From Mobula hypostoma (lineage: Eukaryota), in NCBI RefSeq assembly GCF_963921235.1, contig NC_086097.1, positions 146,322,001-146,386,000 on the forward strand: a DNA stretch of 64,000 nucleotides, written 5' to 3'. The notes under the pieces were generated by a model. The model saw only the letters and a list, made by a program, of their open reading frames with translations. It was not told where the DNA came from and searched no databases. This document shows, piece after piece, positions 28,583 through 40,235 of the stretch; positions within the stretch are counted from its first letter, which is position 1; each line of letters starts with the position of its first letter. Both the position numbers and the translations under genes were made by a program.

Positions 28583-28869
28583 GTCTCCCTCTACTCCGTC
28601 ACCCGCTCCTCCAACACCCACTCTACAAGGCTGCCTCCTTTTAAACTCTTCTCGCTGTTCTCACTGACTGACGTCCACGCGCTTGCACAGTCTTACCCCG
28701 ATCAAACTGCCGAAGAAATAACCATCTCCTTTTAAACACTTCTCGCTGTTCTCACTGGCTGACGTCCACATGCCTGTGTAGTCGTGCCCCGATTTAGGTC
28801 TAAGATTTATGAATATTTCAATTTGATGTTCTCTTTTAAACTCCAGAGAATAGTCCATCTCCACCCACT

Positions 28870-29400
28870 CACTCCTCATTTAACAAACCTACCACCTCTG
28901 GTATCAAATTTACCTTGTTTGTACTTTATGATGTCCATCTTTTGGTTAAGCAATGAGACTAAATCTCTACACAGTATTTCAAGTGGAGGGTTGCCAAGGT
29001 CCTATATAGCTACAGTAAGAGGTCTCCTTGTAATGGTCAACATTACTTCCAAAAATGTTAGTTTCAGCTGCATGTTAGCTTTCAGTTAACTTTATGCAAA
29101 GACATGTGGGGTCCCTTTGAGTATCAGCATTACTCACATTTTTTGTATCATACTGCACATTACATTCTTATCCATTCACCTAGCATTTTGTAACCCTGTG
29201 AAGCTCTTTACATCCTCTACAATGCTCAATCCCATCTTGATTTGCACCATTAGCAACTTGAAAGTATGATAGCTGATAAATTTCAGCTAATTGATTGACA
29301 GCAAATACAAGGTACCCAGGCGCCAGTCTCTGTTGCACTCCATTAGTTACAGCTTGGCCACCTGAGAAAGATCCATTTATTCCCAAGTCTTTGTTTTCTA
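28870..29400 (-). mobile_element. Old CR1-like RT fragment
   Basis: ORF 29180..29386 GINGSFSG.QAVTNGV.Q resembles CR1 RT motif 4 region. Confidence 0.45.
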
Positions 29401-30359
29401 CTCAATCACTGTTAATTATTAAAATTTAAAAACTCAGACCTCCATAACTTTGCACCTCTGACTCCTTTTGCACTGTATCATTATGTATTTGAAATATTAT
29501 GTCAGCCTTGAAAACTACAGCCAACAGAACCAGTAGAGCGTTGAGGTTTGTGGAGATGGGGGAGAGAAGAGGAGAGGAGAGAAGGAGAATGAAGTAGTTA
29601 CAATATTTAAGAACCCAATGGAACTGGATAATACAAAACAGGAGTCAGAAACACTTGATTACAGGAAGTAGAGAAAGAAAACCTTGCAAACTGAAAAAGA
29701 AAATAAAAACAGAACCTAACACTTCGGAAGTTTTTTGTTTTAAAAAAGGAACATTCTTAATAAGTTTTCTACTAAACAAATCCCCTTCAAATCTGCATTC
29801 CTTTTCTTACCTCTTAATAATTCATGATGGCAATTCTTCCACTATTGGACATGCCATTGTACTTTAACACCAAAATTAATAAAAATATACTGATCAGAGT
29901 TAATCTTCAGAAGGACTGCAAGGTAATGGAACAAAAACACCAATCTGCCTTTCATACACTACTTGGCAGTATCAGTTCATCTCATCAACTAAGTTCCAAC
30001 CTATTCAATTTTAAGAAAACATATTAAACATTGAAAACAAAACCACAGGCTGCTTCAGCAGATTTCTGCCACTGCTACTTAAATATAATGTAGTGATTGC
30101 AAATTTGAAACAATTTCACTCAAAAATATTATACTAAATAATGCATGTCATATAAGAACACTAAAGGTTAGTTACTGGAAGGAAAACCAGGAAATGGAAG
30201 AGACCAATCCTTCCAATGAGGAGATATATTATTGAGCAATATACGGGAAGCCTCCATATCATCCATTTGAGTTTCATGCTGGAATTATAATAAAAAATTA
30301 TTGCAATGTATCTCAGAGAAATTGCATGCGCATAAGATTGGGGAAGGAGATTTAATTAT

Positions 30360-30610
30360 TTTATGATACCGTGTGGAATTGGTCCTTTGAGCGATGCTGT
30401 CCAGCAATGCTAGCCTAATCATGGGACAATGTACATTGAACAATTAACCTACCAACTGGTATGTCTTTGGACTGTGGGAGGAAACTGGAGTAACCGGAGG
30501 AAACCCACATGGTCGCAGGGAGAACACACAAACTCCTTACAGGTGGGAATTGAACCCAGTCACTGAAACTGCGAAGCATTGTGCTAACTGCTATGCTACT
30601 CTGCCACCCA
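30360..30610 (-). mobile_element. V-domain SINE
   Basis: Reverse complement of the V core (tctttggactgtgggaggaaactggag...aaactcc) and B-box (gggaattgaacc). Confidence 0.75.
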
Positions 30611-30923
30611 GGCAAGATTGAACAAGTTCTAGATTGATATATACATATCGTTTTAATCTGTTTTCTGCAGTGTGCTTTATGTCTATGTAGCACAATATGC
30701 ACTTAAACAAAAGCACTACAATGGAGTGCTAAGGTTATCTGAGAAGACAAATGTACATGTTTAAATTTGAAAAACTGAAATTTGACATTAATACCCAATG
30801 TCACACATCAGTTTGCTTCTATAATTTTCTATTATCCACATCAGTTTTTCATTACTTTAGCCAATCAAATGATCAGAATAATGTTTCTATCCCTTTCTAG
30901 CCGAAGGATGTGCAGTTAGTTAC

Positions 30924-30979
30924 CTGCAATTTGCACGGAGCCTTCCTCACCAAGAAGAATGTTTCCTGCCTTCAAATCT
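30924..30979 (-). CDS. OXSR1: OSR1 kinase coding exon (56 bp): (R)DLKAGNILLGEEGSVQIA(D), catalytic loop
   Basis: Manual translation; acceptor ttttgcag|, donor G|gtaac; completes HRD with the upstream exon and DFG with the downstream exon. Confidence 0.92.
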
Positions 30980-31159
30980 CTGCAAAATAAAACAAACAAG
31001 CTAATACATAGGAATCAGGGGATAGTATTACAAAGCACAGGTTGACCTTCTATAATCCGGCACCATTGAGACCTGAGGAGTGCCGGATTAGTGAAAATGC
31101 TGAATTACAGAAGGATCACATTAAGCAATAGCTAAACGCCTCATCATACTTTTAAAATA

Positions 31160-31442
31160 TCAAAGGATTCAAAGGTTCATTTAATGTCAGAGAAATGTAT
31201 ACAATATACATCCTGAAATGCTTTTTCTTTGCAACCATCTATGAAGAGGAGTGCCCCAAAGAATGAACGACAGTTGAATGTTAGAACCCCCAAGATCCCC
31301 CCCACCGCGCATCAGCAGCAGCGAGCAACAATCACCCCCCCTCCCACCAGCAAAAAAATAAAGCACACCCACTACCGGTACTCAAGCGTGAGCTAAGTGA
31401 TAACAAAGACACAGACTTGCAGTTACCCCAAAGACTACATTG
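31160..31442 (-). mobile_element. LINE-type 3' tail (Rex1-like microsatellite end), 5'-truncated
   Basis: Minus strand ends gcatttcaggatgtatattgtatacatttctctgacattaaatgaaCCTTTGAatCCTTTGA, same layout as Rex1 tails in this window. Confidence 0.55.
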
Positions 31443-31537
31443 CACTCGCAGTTACTGAGGGAATCCTCGTTAGTTTCTTTTCTTCCGCTTAGTAATATGC
31501 TTAAATTTAGCCGGGCACCATGTCTGATCTGAGGCTG
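31443..31537 (-). pseudogene. 28S rRNA 5'-end fragment (diverged), preceded by GC-rich putative ITS2 (31538-~31690)
   Basis: Minus strand CCTCAGATCAGACATGGTGCCCGGCTAAATTTAAGCATATTACTAAGCGGAAGAAAAGAAACTAACGAGGATTCCCTCAGTAACTGCGAGTG matches the conserved 5' end of eukaryotic 28S rRNA (ACCCGCTGAATTTAAGCATAT...GCGGAGGAAAAGAAACTAAC). Confidence 0.9.
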
Positions 31538-32352
31538 TAGGCAGAAGAGAACCGAGCCCTGGCCGGACGATGCCAGAGGGTAGTGCGCGACTGCTGGCAG
31601 CTGGGTGAGAAGGCGGACTGATCCAGCACGCCAGCTCCCCCTCCGCTGGCGGGTGAAACGGGCGAGTGCCAGGTGGCTGTGCCTCACGCAAATGATATTA
31701 GATGCAGGAAAACAAGCAGGAACTGCCTGTCTGTGCTTACAAAAGCGCACCAACACATGAACAGATCTAGCGCAACCAAAACAATGCACAGCAGATTGGT
31801 ACGGTGGCCCGGAAAATTTGAAATTACAGTTGCGCGAAAAATTTGAAATCAGTGTGGATTATCAAAGGGACTGGATTACAGGTAGTCAGATTAGTGAATG
31901 TCGACCTGTATCACTGTTACTGGAAATTTCAATAAGGTGAAAAATGTCAAGCTTGTATTCAGCAAGTTATATGTGAACAGTCCAAGAAAAAGTACCACTG
32001 TAGCTTATTGAGGGGGTGGCAGAACGGGGTAGAGGAGAGAAGAACCAACTTGCCATCAGTACAGATCTATTCAAGTATTCAATTTAAACATGGTCCAAAC
32101 CCAATCACATCCAACTCAAATCATAAACAAGAGAAAATCTGCAGATGCTGGAAATCCGAGCAGCACATACAAGAAGTCTGAGTACTTAAGTTTTTCGGTG
32201 GTCATGATCAGGGCCAAACCATAGCGGAGAAACAAACAACCTGTTCCAGAAACTCGACCGCTCAAGCAGTATCTGTGGGAGGAAATGTTTCGTGGATGCT
32301 CTAGATTGAAACTGTTTGATACTTTAGGATTCCAGAATTTACATCTGTATGC

Positions 32353-33230
32353 TGTGACAAGAATACACATAGATTAAGATGTAGCTGTCCTGTGCTGGCA
32401 CCAGTGGAATCAGCAGTTGGTCTGCCACCTGACTTCAGGAGAGAGAGAGAGATAAGGAAAACAATGGAGCAGCATTTGGAGATGTGTAATGAAGGGTCGG
32501 GGGAGAGAGTAACAGAAAGAGAGCTGTCAAGAGCAGCTCCCCCTTTGAACCCTGAACTGTTTGAAGTGATGGACAGGCGATACCCCAGCAGGGGGATAAA
32601 AAGGGACAGGTTCGCTAAGGCAGGACACACACACGACACCTGAGGTAACAAGACCCTGGAAGCAGTGCGTCTCTCACAAGTCGGTGGGAAGTACCGGGCC
32701 ATAAACGCACAGGGTGGAAAGGCACGATCGGCCGGAACCTGGTGTGTGTCCACCCTTGCCTGGGTGCCAGGTTCAGCGCAGGGAAACGATCGTATCTGGA
32801 AACGGAGGGGTCACGGTCGGTGACCTCAGATGACATCACAAAGGACTCGTCCGAAAGCTGACTGCGAAGGTCTGTGTCTGAAAACCCTGAATATTCATTC
32901 GTTTTTGCTCTCTCTCTCCTTCCCCCCCCACTGTCCATCGCCACGGCAGCGATTACTGCGAACTGAACTGAAGTAACTTGAACTGAACTTTGCATTACTT
33001 TGAAACTGGTCATTTACCCCTAGACAATGATAGAGCTTGATTGATCCTGTTATCTTAATTCTGTGTACATGTATGTTTATCACTGCTGAACTGTTGCATT
33101 CATTATCCTTTTGATTAGAGTACTGTGTTGCTTGTTTCTTTAATAAAACTTTCTTAGTTCAAGTAATCCAGACTCCAACTGAGTGATCCATTTCTGCTGG
33201 TTTGGCAACCCAGTTACGGGGTACGTAACA
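32353..33230 (+). repeat. 5' LTR (878 bp)
   Basis: TGTGACAAG...GTACGTAACA; direct repeat of 37183-38061. Confidence 0.95.
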
Positions 33231-33234
33231 TAAG

Positions 33235-33246
33235 TGGGGGATCGTC
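33235..33246 (+). promoter_or_regulatory. Primer-binding site, tRNA-Pro-like
   Basis: TGGGGGATCGTC a few bases after the 5' LTR; one mismatch from TGGGGGCTCGTC, the complement of the tRNA-Pro 3' end. Confidence 0.6.
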
Positions 33247-33290
33247 ATTGGGTCAAAATTCCCGAAAGAAAGAAAAGACAAACAGCAGAA

Positions 33291-36205
33291 ATGGAGGCTG
33301 AGGAATTTATAAAGGCGCCGACCTTGGAGGCATTAGAGGATGCCAGGAAATCGGAATTGGTAGCTGTGGCCAAACTGTTGAATCTTGCTAAGGGGAAGTC
33401 GACAATGAGGAGAGAGGAGATACACAGAGCTATCGCAGAGCACTGTGTATCTAAAGGTGTGTTTTCCCCAAGGCGAGCTGGGGGTGGTATCTATTGAAAA
33501 ACCTGCTGGAGACGCGGTACAGGTGCAGCTTGAAAAACTGAGACTTGAGCACGAGTTCCGGGTACGGCAGTTGGAGCGAGAAGAGAAAGAGAGGGAGAGA
33601 CAGCTGGAGCGAGAGGAGAAACAGAGGGAAAGGGAATTCGAGCTGGAGAAGTTAAAGATAAGGGCCAAGCAGGGGCTCGTGCCGAACCAAGGTGGAGGGT
33701 TCCGGGCGACCCAGGAGGTTAGGCTGGTACCCCCATTTGACAATACCGACGTGGATCGGTACTTTCTCCATTTCGAAAAAGTTGCTACAAGTCAGGACTG
33801 GCCGAAGGATAAGTGGGCTGTTTTACTTCAGAGTGTACTGTGTTACGTACCCCGTAACTGGGTTGCCAAACCAGCAGAAATGGATCACTCAGTTGGAGTC
33901 TGGAGTACTAGAACTAAGAAAGTTTTATTAAAGAAACAAGCAACACAGTAATCGAAAGGATAATAAATGCAACAATTCAGCGATGATAAACACACATGTG
34001 CACAGAATTAAGATAACAGCATCAATCAAGCTCTATCGTTGTCTAGGGGTAAATGACCAAATTTCAAAATGACTCAAAGTTCAGTCCAGTTCAGTTCGCA
34101 GTAATCGTTGCCATGGCGATGGACAACGTGGGGGAAGAGAGAGATAGAATAGGAACAACTGATCATTCAGAACACTGCTTCACTCACAGACCAGCGAGAT
34201 GGCTCACAGACCAGCGAGATGGCTCACAAACAGCTTTTGGGCGGGTCCTTGGTGATGTCACCTGAGGTCACCGACTGTGACCCCTCCTCCAGATGCGGTC
34301 GATCCTCTGCAGTGAACCCGGCACCCAGGCAAGGGCGGACACACACCGGGTTCCCGCTCATCGTACCTTTCCACCCTTGTCGTTGTCTGGTGCTTCTCAC
34401 CCACTCGTGAGAGGCGCACCGCTTCCAGGGTCTCGTTACCTCGGGTGGCGTGTGTGTCCGTCTTTAGCGAACCTGTCCCTTTTTATCCCCCTGCTGGGGT
34501 ATCGCCTGTCCATCACTTCAAACAGTTCAAGGTTCAAAGAGGGGAGCCGCTCCAGACAGCTCTCTCTCCCACATTCCTTCATTACACATCTCCAGACGCT
34601 GCTCCATTGTTCCTTATCTCTCCTTCCCCTGAGGGCAGGTGGCAGACCAACTGCTGATGCCACTGATGCTAGCCCAGGCCAGCAAACATCTTAATTTTAT
34701 GTGTATTCTCGTAACAACTGAAAGGGAAAGCCCAAGAAGCTTACTCAGCTTTGTCCGCGGAAGATGCCCAGAGGTATGAGGTGGTGAAAGAGGCTGTCCT
34801 CAGGATTTATGAGTTGGTCCCGGAGGCATACCGGCAGAAGTTCCGGAATGCGAGGAAGCAGTGGGACCGCACGTATTTAGAGTTTGCCCGTGAGGTGCAG
34901 ACATATTGTGAGCGTTGGTGCGCCTCGAAGGGGGTAGAGGGGGATTATGACAGACTGCTACAGCTGATCCTGATTGAGCAGTTTAAAGGTCGTGTCCCTG
35001 AGGGTATGAGACCCTACCTCGATGAGAAAGAGGCAGCCACGTTAGCCGCAACTGCTAAGTTAGCGGATGAGTATGCGTTGACACATAAAATGAAGTTTGC
35101 CCCGAGTAAAGGCTACCTGAAGGGTAGTCAGGACGATGGGGAGAGTCCGCCAGAAAAGTCAGAAAGTAAGCCGGGGACTAGTGAGAAGGATAAGGTAGAT
35201 CGGGAGCAGTCTGGTAGGAAGTCTCCTGGGGTTGTCTGTTATAATTGCGGGAAAGTCGGACACTTTGCGTCCAGGTGCTTTGCCCCAAAGAAGGAGACGG
35301 GAAAAGGAAAAATGGCGATTTTGACTGGCTGTATCGAGCTGGTAAACGAACCGCTAGGACAGGACAGGTCTGCCAAAGTTCAGGAAGGGCGCGAGAGGTT
35401 TATCTCGGCCGGATTGGTGTCGGTGAAGGAGAGGTTAAAACCAGTTCCAGTGCGGATCTGGAGAGACACAGGAGCGTGTCAGTCACTAATACTGAAGAGT
35501 GTATTAGAGTTTAGCTCAGAGACCCAGACTGGGGAGGTCAAGGTCAAAGGTATTGGAGAAGGGACAGAGACAGTCCCTTTGCACCAAGTACACTTACAAA
35601 GCAACCTGGTCTCTGGACTAGTCACGATCGGGGTGAGGTCCGAATTATCGATGAAAGGCGTGGAAGTCTTGCTCGGGAATGACGTCGCCGGGGGAATCAT
35701 GTTCCCAGTCGTGAGATTGACAGGTCAGCCTGCCAGCATTGAGGCCCCGCCCATGGACTCACAGGTTCATCACGGGACCGCGGTAGTAAATTTAGCTGAG
35801 ACATTTCTGCCAACCTTGTACAAGAAGGGGGTAGAAAGTGAAAAGAAGGAGTGTAGTAAGACAAGAGGTAGTGAGGGAGCTGGGACAGACGTAGCATTAG
35901 CCAGGAAAGAATTTGTGCAGACGCAAGAGCGAGACAAGGGGCTGATGGTTTTGGCAGGGACAGCTCTCTCTGACACAGACTTAACAGGCAATTGTGTAGA
36001 GGAGCAAGTGCTAAGGAAGAAAGGGAAACCAAGTACCGTACCCGCAGATGAGGAATGGGGAGTGGTGCAAAAGAGTTATGGGGATGAGGTTTTTAACCTG
36101 GCCCACAAGGTACCCCCCCGGTGGACATTTTGCGGTGCTGGAGAAAACAGTTGGTGGAATCATGAAAGAGGTTTACCGGCTGCCCAGGGGGAAGGATGTT
36201 ATTGA
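33291..36205 (+). pseudogene. gag (coiled coil, SCAN-like capsid, CCHC knuckle) - aspartic protease; frameshift near 33460 and split by a solo LTR
   Basis: MEAEEFIKAPT...; YELVPEAYRQKFR...LILIEQF...LADEY; CYNCGKVGHFASRC; RDTGA...LLGND. Removing 33841-34720 restores frame LLQSVL|KGKAQEAY. Confidence 0.9.
33841..34716 (-). mobile_element. Solo LTR of a related subfamily inserted antisense into gag
   Basis: TGTTACGTAC...GTAACA, perfect TSD ACTG (33837-33840, 34717-34720); reverse complement is clearly homologous to, but more diverged than, the host LTR pair. Confidence 0.93.
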
Positions 36206-37182
36206 TCATGGCCGACGCGAACTGGGACGGTCACAGGCTTTTGATATGCTAACAAACCTAGTCGGGGTTAGCGCGGAAATCAATGAAGCTAGGGTCCCCC
36301 TGATAAGAGAAAAAAACCTTTTTGAAAAGATGAGTATGGTATCGACCAGATGGGAGAAGGCTATTGTTTTGGCCAGCTCTGCTGATAAGGTCTCTCCCTT
36401 AATCCCCGAACAAAGCGACTCTTTAGGAGAAGTAATTAAACGACTCGCACACGTGTGTTTGATTGTCCCAAGGTGATGCAAAGAACTGGGACGTTGGGTG
36501 GTGTCTGTTACACTAGGTCAGCCTAGCGAACAACAGCCCTATAGAATGAGTAATTCAGTGACTAAAAGGACTGACGAACACAGAGGTGTGTATTGGCAAT
36601 TTAATACGGCTGTCTGAAGCCAGCTTGATAGTGAACCTTGAAAAAAATGAGTTCGGCCACACAAAGGTCACTTACTTGGGAATTGTGGTGACACAGGGGC
36701 AGCTGGCAGCAATGCAAGCTACAGTGCAGTCTATCGCTGACCTCCCCACCCCGACAGACAAGAGCGCCCTCAGAAGGCTCTTGGAGATGGTGGGGTACTG
36801 TAGGAAGTTTTGCAATAACTCTGCGGTCACTACCCCTCCCCCCCCCACTAAGCCCTTGCAAGAGAAAACTAAGTCGGAATGGGACGACCCTTGTTATTGT
36901 GGTTCGGGGCAAAACCAAATGAGAGGTTACATTGATCGCAATTCATCAGTGTTTTTGGCCACTATGAAGTTTGCTAAGTTGGAGCCTGGTCTAAGGGATT
37001 ATTAATAACACATATAAAAGGGACAGAAAATGTGATGGCTGACTGTGTCAGGTGTTGACAACTTCAAACTCACTGTGTTAGCCAAATAGCTGATAAAGAT
37101 GTATATTTGTGTGTACCAAATAATGTATTCACGTTTGTAATTTTTACCCCCCCCCCCGGTAAAAATCATTAAAGGGGGGAAG

Positions 37183-38061
37183 TGTGACAAGAATACACAT
37201 AGATTAAGATGTAGCTGTCCTGTGCTGGCACCAGTGGAATCAGCAGTTGGTCTGCCACCTGACTTCAGGAGAGAGAGAGAGATGAGGAAAACAATGGAGC
37301 AGCATTTGGAGATGTGTAATGAAGGGACGGGAGAGAGAGTAACAGAAAGAGAGCTGTCAAGAGCGGCTCCCCCTTTGAACCCTGAACTGTTTGAAGTGAT
37401 GGACAGGCGATACCCCAGCAGGGGGATAAAAATGGAAAGGTTCGCTAAGGCAGGACACACACACGACACCTGAGGTAACAAGACCCTGGAAGCAGTGCGT
37501 CTCTCACAAGTCGGTGGGAAGTACCGGGCCATAAACGCACAGGGTGGAAAGGCACGATCGGCCGGAACCTGGTGAGTGTCCACCCTCGCTTGGGTGCCAG
37601 GTTCAGCGCAGGGAAACGATCGTATCTGGAAACGGAGGGGTCACGGTCGGTGACCTCAGATGACATCACAAAGGACTCGTCCGAAAGCTGACTGCGAAGG
37701 TCTGTGTCTGGAAGCCCTGAATATTCATTCGTTTTTGCTCTCTCTCTCCTTCCCCCCCCAACTGTCCATCGCCACGGCAGTGATTACTGCGAACTGAACT
37801 GAAGTAACTTGAACTGAACTTTGCGTTACTTTGAAACTGGTCATTTACCCCTAGACAACGATAGAGCTTGATTGATCCTGTTATCTTAATTCTGTGTACA
37901 TGTATGTTTATCATTGCTGAACTGTTGCATTCATTATCCTTTTGATTAGAGTACTGTGTTGCTTGTTTCTTTAATAAAACTTTCTTAGTTCTAGTAATCC
38001 AGACTCCAACTGAGTGATCCATTTCTGCTGGTTTGGCAACCCAGTTATGGGGTACGTAACA
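37183..38061 (+). repeat. 3' LTR (879 bp)
   Basis: About 18 differences from the 5' LTR by eye (~2%). Confidence 0.95.
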
Positions 38062-38159
38062 ATGCCAACATGGTAAAATACCATCAAGTGTAGGATTAGT
38101 AGCCAGATGTAGAGACAAACATCTGCCTGGCCTTACAACAGCTGAAAGTATATACCACC

Positions 38160-38760
38160 AGGTCCAACTGTTAAAGACTATTGACTGTCTCCGAGTACCA
38201 TGGACTCTTGATCTACCAGGAAAGACTACTATGACCATGAAGCCTTGCGCAGGCACCTGTGTGCGCATGCGCGTACGTGCTGATGTTTTTCCTCCACAAA
38301 TTGGTTTTGGCTTAATCTTCCCAATTATACTGTACATATGTTATTTCTACTTTATATAGGCTGTGTACTTACCATATCATTCCTGCTTTTACTATATGTT
38401 AGTGTTATTTTAGGTTTCATGTGTTATTTGGCAGGTTATTTTTTGGGTCTGGGAATGTTCAAAAATTTTTCCCATATAAATTAATGGTAATTGCTTCTGC
38501 ACTTCACGCCATTTCGGCACGAAAGGTTTCATAGGAATGCTCTACCTTAGCGGGGGGAAATACGGGACAAGGGCGGTCCAATGAGGGATAAACCAATTTA
38601 GCCCAATATACGGGATGTCCCGGCAAATATGGGACAGTTGGCAACCCTATATTCAAGTTCAACAGTGCGTGACAGGGAACGAGGAAAGGTGCAGCTGACT
38701 CGTATCGTTTCCTCACAGCCCAGTAGCACATGCTTTGTGGCCAGGTGGTTAGGGACCACT
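38160..38760. mobile_element. DNA-transposon remnant ending in a hAT-type terminus
   Basis: Ends GGTTAGGGACCACTG, reverse complement of the CAGTGGTCCCCAACC terminus at 40497; left terminus not found. Confidence 0.45.
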
Positions 38761-38765
38761 GAAAT

Positions 38766-39530
38766 AGATTAGATTAGATTCAATTTTGTCACTGTGCCGA
38801 GTACAGATACAAAGCCAATGAAATGCAGTTAGCATCTAACCAGAAATGCAAAGAATAGTTATTTACAAAATAACTGCAAATAAAAAGTGCTACAGCACAC
38901 AAATATGAAAGTACTGAGATAGTACAATATGGATGCAATACTGCTTAGCGCCGTGATGTGAGGTTCAGCAGAGTCACAGCCTCAGGGAAGAAGCTCTTCC
39001 TGAGCCTGCTGGTGCGGGAGCAGAGGCTCCTGTAGCGCCTACCGGATGGGAGGAGAGTAAAAAGTCCATGGTTAAGGTGAGATGCATCCTTGATAATGCT
39101 CTTTGCCCTGCCCAGCCTGCATTTATGATAGATGTTTTCAATGGTGAGCCATTGGGTGCTGATAATCTGCTGGGCAGTTTTCACCACACGCTGGAGTGCT
39201 TTGCGGTCCGATACGGGACAATTGCCATACCACACTGAGATGCAGTTGGTCAGTATGCTCTCAATGGTCCGTCAGTATCCTGGGACAGAGGTGAGCTTTC
39301 TTGATGCTCTGCAAGAAATAAAGGTGCTGTTGCGCCTTTTTGATCAGGATGGAGGAGTTCAGGGACCAGGTGAGATCCTCGGAAATGTGGACACCAAAGA
39401 ATTTGAAGCTTGATACACACTCCACTACAGCTCCGTTGATGTAGATGGGGACGCGAGTGTGGCTCCTAGCATGCCTGAAGTCCACAATGATCTCCTTGGT
39501 CTTCTGGGTGTTAAGGGCCAGGTTGCTGTG
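38766..39530 (-). mobile_element. Rex1/Babar-clade LINE 3' part
   Basis: ORFs 39261..39551 (KTKEIIVDFR, FKFFGVHISEDLTW) and 38945..39235 (LLPSGRRYRS); (TAGAT)n tail. Confidence 0.85.
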
Positions 39531-40235
39531 ATATGACCAGATTAGTAACAATGCATATCAGATTTGTAAGAAAACCTTCCTTTAACGAATACTGGAATTT
39601 TATATCATTTAAAAATTCATATTAATTTTTTTTATAAACAGAATTGCTCTGCTTTTTTTTTAAAAAAGGGCACAGCAATGATCATTACTGGTATCAAATA
39701 CAGTGGATTCCAGTTAATTGGGACAGCCACTTATTTTGGGAAAACAAAAATTGAGAAAGAAAATAGCTAGGATTCCCTTTGTTTATTTGGACCACTATGC
39801 TGCTTAATCGGGACAGACAACTGTTGCTGAACAATTTCTAATTAGTGCCAGTCGTGCGCACTTGTATGGCTGTTAGACACTACGCCATGTTTAGAATAAA
39901 TAAGTTTTTAAATAGTTTGTGCTCGTGTTATGTTATCCATTTTGGCCGACAGACACAGATTCATAAAGCAGTGATTCTTGACAAAACAAGTTTTTTTTTA
40001 CTTTGACTTTAAAGCATTTCAGATCCTTACCAAAGTTAGTGAACCACATTCTCAGAGCAATTGAAGAAAAACTAATATCTTCAAAAGCCAAGGAAGTGAG
40101 TGCAGAGGTAATGTTTTAAGGCAGTACGTTTGTTTCTGATAGTTGGTGTGGAATAGGCAGCGAGACAATTCAGCGCTGTTTAGCTCACTGCGGTTTCAAG
40201 CATTCAGGCCTGGATATGCCAGTAATGGGAAGACG

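Larger units (their letters stand above)
23283..28800 (-). mobile_element. Nested cluster of at least two minus-strand CR1 elements, from 3' ends (23283, ~23520) to ORF1 and 5' UTR
   Basis: ORFs 23602..23859, 25570..25752 (ISKFAGDTK), 25770..26150 (PGNYRPVSLT), 26161..26873, 27681..27875 (C..CQMWE ORF1 start); GC-rich putative 5' UTR 28583-28800; interrupted by Rex1 and a solo LTR. Confidence 0.82.
31038..31908. mobile_element. Non-autonomous Tigger/pogo-like DNA transposon
   Basis: TIRs CAGGTTGACCTTCTATAATCCGG ... TCAGATTAGTGAATGTCGACCTG, right flank TA (left CA); subterminal GGATTA repeats at both ends. Confidence 0.7.
32353..38061 (+). mobile_element. Gypsy (Gmr1-like) LTR retrotransposon, internally deleted
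   Basis: Two TG...CA LTRs, perfect 4-bp TSD ATGC (32349-32352, 38062-38065), PBS-like TGGGGGATCGTC after 5' LTR, PPT AAAGGGGGGAAG (37171-37182), gag-PR plus pol remnants. Confidence 0.95.

Noticed and set aside
31443..31537. Functional rRNA gene
   Set aside because: Only ~95 nt with several substitutions in conserved positions; no 18S, 5.8S or rest of 28S.
37002..38337. ORFs repeated at 32301-33083, 34293-34694 and 37002-38337 suggesting a gene family
   Set aside because: They are translations of the three LTR copies.
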